Shown: in pieces, positions 8,813-15,639 of the stretch | Numbering within the stretch: position 1 is the stretch's first letter | Layout: each line of letters starts with the position of its first letter | Assembly (NCBI GenBank): GCA_038128265.1 | Contig: JAYPJE010000055.1 | Location: 1-20,663 of the forward strand | Length of the DNA: 20,663 nt | Source of the DNA: Gemmatimonadota bacterium | Lineage (GTDB): Bacteria; Latescibacterota; UBA2968; UBA8231 | Direction of reading: 5' to 3' | Notes under the pieces: generated by a model | The model's input: only the letters and a program-made list of their open reading frames with translations | The model's database searches: none | Told to the model about the DNA's origin: nothing | Program-made: the position numbers and the translations under genes

Positions 8813-9793
8813 ATGGAATACAGAAAATTAGGCCGCACCGGCATCCGCGTTTCCAGCCTGTGCTTAGGCACGGCGTTTCGCGCCCAAGACGATGAGGCCA
8901 CGTGCATTCGCGTAATCGACCACGCCATCGAGATGGGCTGCACCTTTATCGATACGGCGCTCTACGGGCAGGGGCGATCGGAGCAAATCGTCGGCAAGGC
9001 GCTCAAGGACAAGCGTGACGAAGTCGTGCTCTGCACCAAGGTCTCTGGCTCGCTCGGGCCCGGGCCCAACCGCAGTGGCCTGTCGCGCCTCAACGTGCTG
9101 CGCGCCGTAGAAGCCAGTTTAGAACGGCTGCAGACCGACCACATCGACCTCTACCTGCTGCACAGCTTCGATCCCCACACGCCGCTCGAAGAAACGCTGC
9201 GCGCGCTCGACGATTTGGTGTGCCAGGGTAAGGTGCGCTACATCGGCTGCTCCAACTTTCGCCCGTGGAAAGTCATGGAGGCGCTGTGGACCAGCGACGC
9301 GCACAACCTGCACTCGTTTGTCTGCATTCAGGACCAATACAACCTGCTCAATCGCTGGGAGCTGGAACCCGATATGGTGCCACTATGCCGCGAGCAGGGC
9401 ATCGGCATTATGACCTACAGTCCGCTGGCCATCGGCCTGCTGACGGGCCACTACCGCCGCGGACAAGAGCCACCGGCTGGCACAGTGTGGAGCAAGACCG
9501 AAGGCCGCGGCCTGAGCGCCCACAAGTACAATTTTGAGGAAGCGATGACCGAGCGCGTCGACCGCATCGTGCAAACGCTGATCGACATCGGCCAGGCGCA
9601 CGACAAGACGCCGGCCCAAGTCGCGCTGGCCTGGCTGCTGGACCATCCGGAAGTGACCGCACCCATCATCGGCGCCGATTTGCCCGAGCACGTCGACGAC
9701 GCCTTTGGCGCGGCCGACTGGCGCCTGAGCCGCGAAGACCGCGCCCGCCTCGACGAGGTGTCTACGCTAGCGGGGCCAAAGAAGTACGCCTAA
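8813..9793 (+). CDS. Aldo/keto reductase (Tas/YajO-like)
   Basis: MEYRKLGRTG...LCLGT, DTALY, TKV, SLERLQTDHIDLYLLH, GKVRYIGCSNF, YSPLAIGLLTG, PAQVALAWLL. SD GGAGG lies upstream. Confidence 0.93.
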   Translation: MEYRKLGRTGIRVSSLCLGTAFRAQDDEATCIRVIDHAIEMGCTFIDTALYGQGRSEQIVGKALKDKRDEVVLCTKVSGSLGPGPNRSGLSRLNVLRAVEASLERLQTDHIDLYLLHSFDPHTPLEETLRALDDLVCQGKVRYIGCSNFRPWKVMEALWTSDAHNLHSFVCIQDQYNLLNRWELEPDMVPLCREQGIGIMTYSPLAIGLLTGHYRRGQEPPAGTVWSKTEGRGLSAHKYNFEEAMTERVDRIVQTLIDIGQAHDKTPAQVALAWLLDHPEVTAPIIGADLPEHVDDAFGAADWRLSREDRARLDEVSTLAGPKKYA

Positions 9794-9831
9794 CACAGCG
9801 GGCGTCGCCCCCTGCGGAGCGACGCCCTGTG
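9794..9831. terminator. GC-rich hairpin between convergent genes, probable terminator
   Basis: Perfect 9-bp arms GGGCGTCGC (9800-9808) and GCGACGCCC (9819-9827), extendable through CACA/TGTG with a 2-nt bulge. It starts right after the AKR stop. No clear U-tract on either strand. Confidence 0.55.
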
Positions 9832-9851
9832 CCATCCCTACGACAGCCTAG

Positions 9852-10979
9852 TTAATTCGACAGCCGCATACCCGACAGCTTTTCGACGCCGTCGCGGTTC
9901 CACGCCACGCCGAGGCCCGGCGCCGATGGAATGGGCACAAAGCCCTCCTCGTCGATGGGCAGGGGTGCCGGCAGCAGCTCGTCGATAAACGGGCTGGGCG
10001 TTTTGTACTCGACCCAGCGCGCCGTGGGCAGCGCCGCCATCAGCTGCATATCGGCGGCCAGCCCGACAGCCGTGTTCCAGCCGTGCGCAATCGTCATGAT
10101 CGAATGGTCATAGGCGTGCTGGGCGATGCGCAGCCCTTCCGTCAGACCGCCCACCTTGGTCAGGTCGGGCTGGATAAAGTCGACGGCGCGGTTCTCTATC
10201 CACGGCATAAAGCTCTGGCGCCGCGTCAGCACTTCGCAGCCGGTAATCGGCAGCGGCGCGTTCTCGGCCAGCTTGATATAGCTCTGCATATCGTCGGGGC
10301 GCAGCGGCTCTTCAAACCAAGTCACATCGTAGTCGCGCAGCATCTTGGCCGTCTCCAGCGCCCACTTATAGCCGTGCGCCCAGTAGCGGCCCGAGGCGCC
10401 GGGATCGACCATGAGTTCGACGTCGGCGCCCAATGTATTGCGCGCTAGTTTGACTAGCCCTTCATCGCGCTGACGCGACGCGCGTCCAAAGGGACCCCAG
10501 CCGATTTTCACCGCCTTAAAGCCGCGCGCCAGCGCCTCTTCCATGTGCTCGACAAAGTGCTCATGGCCCATGCTAAGCGAAGCGTAGGGCTTGATCCGAT
10601 CGCGGTAGCAGCCCCCCAGCAGGCGGCTGACCGGCTGGCCCGTGACCTGACCAAAGATGTCCCACAGCGCGATATCGATGCCGGAAATGGCGTGCGTCAC
10701 CGTGCCGCCGCGCCCCTGCCAAAAGGTCGACTGGTGCAGCTTTTCCGACACGCGCGCCGGTTCGATGGCCATTTCGCCTTCCCACTGCGGTCGCAGCAGC
10801 TCCACGGCCGCTTCGGTCAGGCGCGCCGAGGTGTAGACGCTGCCCAGGCCAAACACGCCTTCGTCGGTGCCTACTTCGAGCAGCGTGTACTCGTTGCGCG
10901 CGGGCAGCTCGCCCCTAGGCCAGCCGCCGGCGGGAGGATCCTCTACCAGCGGTATCACGCGAATCTGTTCTATTTTCAT
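9852..10979 (-). CDS. Mandelate racemase/muconate lactonizing enzyme family (probable acid-sugar dehydratase)
   Basis: AISGIDIALWDI, KxK motif KAVKIG, metal ligands in MVD, WFEEP and GCE, then QPD and the His in AHGW. ATG at 10979 follows SD AAGAGGAAGG and is preferred over 11039. Confidence 0.92.
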   Translation of the reverse strand: MKIEQIRVIPLVEDPPAGGWPRGELPARNEYTLLEVGTDEGVFGLGSVYTSARLTEAAVELLRPQWEGEMAIEPARVSEKLHQSTFWQGRGGTVTHAISGIDIALWDIFGQVTGQPVSRLLGGCYRDRIKPYASLSMGHEHFVEHMEEALARGFKAVKIGWGPFGRASRQRDEGLVKLARNTLGADVELMVDPGASGRYWAHGYKWALETAKMLRDYDVTWFEEPLRPDDMQSYIKLAENAPLPITGCEVLTRRQSFMPWIENRAVDFIQPDLTKVGGLTEGLRIAQHAYDHSIMTIAHGWNTAVGLAADMQLMAALPTARWVEYKTPSPFIDELLPAPLPIDEEGFVPIPSAPGLGVAWNRDGVEKLSGMRLSN

Positions 10980-11108
10980 GCGAGCCTTCCTCTTGCCTTG
11001 CCACGCGCAGTGTCCCAAGGTCTTTGTTAGGATGTGCATGCGAGCTCCAGAGCGCCTATAATAACCAAATGAATATGCACACCGCCAGAAGCGGAACGAC
11101 CGATCGCT

Positions 11109-11138
11109 TTGACCGCCTACGTGCGCACCGCCTATATT
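11109..11138 (+). promoter_or_regulatory. Putative sigma70-type promoter for the split RluA genes
   Basis: TTGACC (11109-11114), 18-nt spacer, TATATT (11133-11138), in the AT-richer divergent intergenic region about 45 nt before ATG 11183. Confidence 0.5.
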
Positions 11139-11182
11139 TTTTCGCCATGCAACTGCACATAGAACGCGCCGTTTGATACCTC

Positions 11183-11986
11183 ATGCACACCGCCCTGCAC
11201 CCACTGCCCATCTCACCGCCCAGCACAGATGCGCTGCCCGACGTGCGCTACGCCGGACGCTGTCCGCAGACCGGCTGCGAGCGGGCGCTGCGCCCAACGC
11301 GCGAAGCGCTGGCTGCCGCAGAAGAGCTAATGGACCACCTGTCGGCGCACCGCAGTGCAGACGGCGACTTTTCTACCGCCAGCCTCTACGAAGGGGCCAA
11401 CGGCAAGATGTTTGGCGTCATGGTCTGCCGCGACCGGGACGGACAGCGCGGCGTGCTGCGCGCCTTTTCCGGCGAGTGGGAGGGGCGCCGGCAGCCATCC
11501 GGCTGGGTGCCCTCCAGCGGCTTTGTCGACGAGTACGAAGCGGAGCGCGACGAAACGGAGGCACAGGTGGCCGAATTCACTCGGCGCATCGGTGAGCTGC
11601 AGGGGGATCTGCCCGGCACGCGCGCGCTGCGGCGACACATCGAAGAGCTCAAGATCGAGCGCGGCGCCCTGTCGCGCGCGCTGACCGAGCGCATCCACGA
11701 TGCCTACCGCTTTGAAAACGCCCTTGGCGAAGTGCTGCCGCTCCGAGCGGTCGACACCGGCGGCCTGCGCCCGCCCACCGGCATGGGCGACTGCTGTGCA
11801 CCCAAGCTGGTGCAGCACGCCGTTCGCCAGCGCCTCGAGCCGCTGGGCATGATCGAGTTTTGGTGGGGCGCTTCGTCGCACGTGCACCCGCGCATCGAAG
11901 GACACTACTACAGCGCCTGCCGCCCCAAGTGCTATCCTATACTGGGTTTTTTATTGCGCGGCGTCGACGCGGCCGAGGTGTGCTAG
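11183..11986 (+). CDS. Stand-alone N-terminal domain of 'long' RluA-family pseudouridine synthases (Cys-containing, with coiled coil)
   Basis: Motifs GKMFGVMV...G..GVLRAFSG, a coiled coil, PPTGMGDCCAPKLVQHA, MIEFWWG and YYSACRPKCYPILGFLL. These match my recollection of the N-terminal extension of roughly 550-aa RluA proteins of Bacteroidota, Cyanobacteria and Vibrio/Shewanella. Confidence 0.8.
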   Translation: MHTALHPLPISPPSTDALPDVRYAGRCPQTGCERALRPTREALAAAEELMDHLSAHRSADGDFSTASLYEGANGKMFGVMVCRDRDGQRGVLRAFSGEWEGRRQPSGWVPSSGFVDEYEAERDETEAQVAEFTRRIGELQGDLPGTRALRRHIEELKIERGALSRALTERIHDAYRFENALGEVLPLRAVDTGGLRPPTGMGDCCAPKLVQHAVRQRLEPLGMIEFWWGASSHVHPRIEGHYYSACRPKCYPILGFLLRGVDAAEVC

Positions 11987-12651
11987 TGGGCGACTTCGTC
12001 CTGCCCAATCTGCGCGACAGGCCGCTGTCGGTGCTGCACGTGGGCCGCGGTTTTGTCGTAGTCGACAAGCTGCCCAACTTTCTTTCGGTGCCGGGGCGCG
12101 GACCGGATATGGACGACTGCGTCGTCGCGCGCGTCAAAGAGGTCTTCCCACTCGCCAAAGGGCCCATTTCCGTGCACCGCCTCGACGTGGAAACCTCGGG
12201 CCTGATGGTGCTGGCCCTGCGCCGCGACGTGCACCGCACGCTTTCGATGCAGTTTGAAAAACGGGACGTCGACAAATCGTATACCGCGCTGCTGGAAGGC
12301 CGCGTCGAGGCCGACGGCGGGCGCATTGAGCTGGCCTTTAGCCTCGACTGGCCCAACCGCCCCAAGCGCATCTACGATCCGCAGCACGGCAAGCTGGGCA
12401 TTACAGAGTGGGAAGTCGTTGAGCGGAGAGAGGACACCACGCGCGTGCGCTTTACGCCCATCACCGGACGCACGCACCAGCTGCGCGTGCACGCCGCACA
12501 CGAGAAGGGCATCGGCCACCCCATTGTCGGCGACAGCCTCTACGGAAACCCCGCCCTAGCCGAGCGGCTCATGCTGCACAGCACGCAGCTGTCGTTTAAC
12601 CATCCGGAAACGGGCGAACGCCTGCACTTCGATATGCCAGCGCCGTTCTAA
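11986..12651 (+). CDS. rluA: RluA-family RNA pseudouridine synthase catalytic domain
   Basis: VVDK..FLSVPGRG, VHRLDVETSG (catalytic Asp), KSY, TGRTHQLRVH, GHPIVGDSLYG, LMLH. Likely GTG start at 11986 overlaps the upstream TAG, with SD GAGGTG at 11975-11980. Confidence 0.9.
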   Translation: MGDFVLPNLRDRPLSVLHVGRGFVVVDKLPNFLSVPGRGPDMDDCVVARVKEVFPLAKGPISVHRLDVETSGLMVLALRRDVHRTLSMQFEKRDVDKSYTALLEGRVEADGGRIELAFSLDWPNRPKRIYDPQHGKLGITEWEVVERREDTTRVRFTPITGRTHQLRVHAAHEKGIGHPIVGDSLYGNPALAERLMLHSTQLSFNHPETGERLHFDMPAPF

Positions 12652-13478
12652 GCGCCGTATGCTTCCACAAAGGCCCGGTGCACGCCTTTGTCCTCGTAGC
12701 GATCCTCGCTGCCCTCGACCAGCTCTTCCGACCGATAGCCGCTGCGCACGCGCCGCACCTCGACCGACTGGATAACTTCATCGACGGCGTACTCGATGCG
12801 CCAGGTGCGGAAGGCAATGCGGTAGAGATCGTCGCACCGTTCGATGCGCTTGCGCTCGGCGTGCGTGGGGTCCGTGCGCAGCTGCACCTGCAAAAAATTC
12901 ATCAGATCCCAGCCGGCCTGCTGATATACCCAATCGATTTGCTCCCGGGCCGCCGGGACAATATGCAGCGCGTAGACGACTTCCTCGCACGCGTCGATCC
13001 AGCCGGCGCGCGCCCCGGGAAAGGCGTCGGCGTAGGGCACGTAGGGTTTGAGGTCGAGCACGGGCGTGCCGTCGAGCAGGTCGTGCTGCCCCACGTGCAG
13101 GCGCGCACCTTCCACGCCGAGCAGGCGCACGCAGCTCAGGCCGAGGCGGTTGGGGCGGTGCGGCGAACGCGTGGCAAACACGCCGAGCTTGTCGGACTCT
13201 GCGCGCGGCGGCTGCACCAGCGGGTGCCAACCCTCGTTGAGATGCAGTTCGTAGAGGACCCAAATCCGTTCGAAGTCTTCTAAGCCACGCAGGCCGAGGC
13301 GCAGGTCCTCATCGTCGACGAGCTGAATCCACGCCTCGTTGTCCGGCGCGATGCTGGCTTGGCGCGCCGCCTCGTAGCGGTAGCGCTGCTGGCATTCGAC
13401 GTATCCTATGGGCGAAAAGCTGTGCAAAAATGGCCTCTCTTCCGGTGCGAAAAGCCGCGTTAACTGGCGCGCATACAA
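12648..13478 (-). CDS. trmO: tRNA (t6A37) N6-methyltransferase TrmO (TsaA/YaeB)
   Basis: PIGYV, GLRGLEDFERIWVLY, GVFATRSPHRPNRLGLS, DLLDGTPVLDLKPYVPYADAFPGARAGW. The TTG start is uncertain but cannot extend further because an in-frame TGA lies at 13482-13484. Stop overlaps the rluA stop. Confidence 0.92.
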   Translation of the reverse strand: MYARQLTRLFAPEERPFLHSFSPIGYVECQQRYRYEAARQASIAPDNEAWIQLVDDEDLRLGLRGLEDFERIWVLYELHLNEGWHPLVQPPRAESDKLGVFATRSPHRPNRLGLSCVRLLGVEGARLHVGQHDLLDGTPVLDLKPYVPYADAFPGARAGWIDACEEVVYALHIVPAAREQIDWVYQQAGWDLMNFLQVQLRTDPTHAERKRIERCDDLYRIAFRTWRIEYAVDEVIQSVEVRRVRSGYRSEELVEGSEDRYEDKGVHRAFVEAYGA

Positions 13479-13563
13479 GAATCACCGAACGCACGGTGAC
13501 AGGATGCGACGCCTTGAATATATTTTCGCGGCACTGATCACTCCTAAACTACGAGGACACTGG

Positions 13564-14592
13564 ATGACCAACCAACGCGTAACGATTGCCCTCGTCGGCT
13601 GCGGCGGCATTGCCCAATCGCACTGGCAAGGCATCGAGGGCGACGCGCCCAATATCGAAGTAACGGCCGTCGTCGATACGGACGCCGAACGCGCGCAGGC
13701 CATGGCCGAGCAGACGGGTGCCCGCCCCTTCACATCACTGCGGGAGGCGCTGGCGGAAGGCCCGTTTGATGCGGTCGATATCATGCTGCCACACGACCAG
13801 CACGAAGCGGCAGCTATCGACTGCTTTGCGGCCGGAAAGCACGTCGTGCTGGAAAAGCCGATGGCTATGACGCTGGATGCCTGCCAGCGCATCATGGACG
13901 CGGCTGCGCGCGCCGGCACCGTTTTTATGGTAGCCGAGCAGTCGCAGTACTGGCCCGATGCGCTGAAGGTGCAGCAGCTCATTGGCGAGGGCGCCATTGG
14001 CGATATTATCACCGCGCGCGCCTTTTTTGGCGGACCGGTCGGCAGCGGCTGGGGCTCTAAGCCTTGGCGCTACGAGCTGGCTAAGGCCGGCGGCGGCATT
14101 ACCATCGACGGCGGCGCCCACTGGATACGACCGCTGCGCATGTGGCTAGGCGAAGTCGACGAAGTCGTCGCTGTGACCGGCCGCCCGCTAGCCGATATGG
14201 AAGGCGAGTCGCTGGCGCGTGCGCTGCTGCGCTTTCAATCGGGTGTCGTCGCCGTATTCGACGCGCTGCGCGCCGGCTCGTTTATGGGCCCTGGCGAGGA
14301 GTTCCGGGTAACGGGCACCGAGGGCGAGCTGCTCGTCGAAAAGGGGCGCAGCGGCCGAGTGCTCCTCTACACAAAAGACTACCCAGAGGGCAAGGCGCTG
14401 TTGGAAAAGGACGCCGGCCGCAGCGCCAGCTTTGGCTACGAGCTGCAGGATTTTGCCCTAGCCGTGCTCGAGGGCAAGGCGCTAGAAGCCGGACCCGAAT
14501 ATTCGCTGGGCGAGCTGCGCACGGCGCTGGCAATTTACCGCTCGGCAGAGACCAAGCAGTGGGAAAAGGTGTGGGACGAACGCACCGTCTAG
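13564..14592 (+). CDS. Gfo/Idh/MocA family oxidoreductase
   Basis: IALVGCGGIA, GKHVVLEKPMA, GGGITIDGGAHWI. ATG at 13564 follows SD GAGGA and avoids overlap with trmO. Confidence 0.92.
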   Translation: MTNQRVTIALVGCGGIAQSHWQGIEGDAPNIEVTAVVDTDAERAQAMAEQTGARPFTSLREALAEGPFDAVDIMLPHDQHEAAAIDCFAAGKHVVLEKPMAMTLDACQRIMDAAARAGTVFMVAEQSQYWPDALKVQQLIGEGAIGDIITARAFFGGPVGSGWGSKPWRYELAKAGGGITIDGGAHWIRPLRMWLGEVDEVVAVTGRPLADMEGESLARALLRFQSGVVAVFDALRAGSFMGPGEEFRVTGTEGELLVEKGRSGRVLLYTKDYPEGKALLEKDAGRSASFGYELQDFALAVLEGKALEAGPEYSLGELRTALAIYRSAETKQWEKVWDERTV

Positions 14593-15572
14593 TGCAGGTG
14601 TACTACCTGGCCCGTTTCAACGCTCTCATTGATCGCCATGGTAATGCGGTGCGTTTCAAAGGCGTCGGCATACGTGCAATATACGCCCTCGCGATCGCCG
14701 CTGCGCACGGCATCTAAAAAGGCGCGGTCTTCCACCTCATAGGGCTTGTTGTCGTTTTGGATGCGCTCCTGGCGACCCGGCGTCTGCACGATGAGTTCGC
14801 TGTTGTTGTGGCTGATGACGAGGTCTTCGAGCATAAAGTCGACGCCGATGCGATTGGTCCCGCTCGGCATGAAGTGGCCGGTGCCCGCCGCCAGCACGGC
14901 GCCGTTATCAAAAGCGACTGTAGCGACGATGTGATCGCAAATATCGTGCTTTTCCCACTTGGCCGCGCCGATGCCCTTGCTACCCTGTGCGTAGACGCTG
15001 ACCGCCCGGCCGCCAATTAAGTAGCGCGCCGTGTCGATGGCGTGCGTGGCCTGTTCGTTCATCTGCCCGCCGCTCTGCGCCTGCTGCCGCCACCACATTA
15101 CGCCGGGAAAGCCGCCGATCCAATAAGCGTAGGCTGCCGAAACGGGCTTGCCCTGCATGCGCTCACGCGCCGTGGCCGTAATGGCCGCGCTGCGCCAGTT
15201 GTAGCCCACCGCACTGACGACGCCCGCCGCCGATACGGCGGCGTTGATTTGGGACGCCGTATCCAAGTCGACGGCCAGCGGTTTTTCGACAAAGAGCGCT
15301 ATGCCGCGCTCGGCCACCAGCCGCTCTTGATTGGTGTGGGCAAAGGGCGGCAGGCACACATAGACGGCGTCGAGCGCTACGGCATCCAGCATCGCTTCAG
15401 CCCGGGCATAGGCCGTTCCGCCGTAGGCGGCAACGGCGCGGCTGCGCGCCTCTTCGCTCAGATCGCAAAAAGCAACTAATTCAACGTCGTCCCACTGCGC
15501 GAGATGGTTGAGATGGCCGCCGCGCGCAATGCCGCCGACGCCGATGAAGCCCACTCTGAGCTTGTCTGCCAT
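14589..15572 (-). CDS. Gfo/Idh/MocA family oxidoreductase
   Basis: VGFIGVGGIA, CLPPFAH, FVEKPLA, VGYNWR, SGGQMNEQATHAID. SD AGGAGG lies upstream. Confidence 0.92.
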   Translation of the reverse strand: MADKLRVGFIGVGGIARGGHLNHLAQWDDVELVAFCDLSEEARSRAVAAYGGTAYARAEAMLDAVALDAVYVCLPPFAHTNQERLVAERGIALFVEKPLAVDLDTASQINAAVSAAGVVSAVGYNWRSAAITATARERMQGKPVSAAYAYWIGGFPGVMWWRQQAQSGGQMNEQATHAIDTARYLIGGRAVSVYAQGSKGIGAAKWEKHDICDHIVATVAFDNGAVLAAGTGHFMPSGTNRIGVDFMLEDLVISHNNSELIVQTPGRQERIQNDNKPYEVEDRAFLDAVRSGDREGVYCTYADAFETHRITMAINESVETGQVVHLH

Positions 15573-15639
15573 GGCGCTTCCTCCTGCCTCGTAATCGCGT
15601 AAAAAGAAGCGACGGCGCAGTCACCCCTTTCCAAAGGGT

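Noticed and set aside
11860..11985. Extended N-terminus of rluA from the ORF track (MVGRFVARAPAH...)
   Set aside because: It overlaps the conserved C-terminal motifs of the upstream ORF and has no RluA-like character. GTG 11986 has a good SD. The open frame matters only for the frameshift hypothesis.
13408..13563. 52-aa N-terminal extension of the Gfo/Idh/MocA ORF
   Set aside because: It would overlap trmO head-to-head. The Rossmann fold begins right after ATG 13564, which has an SD.
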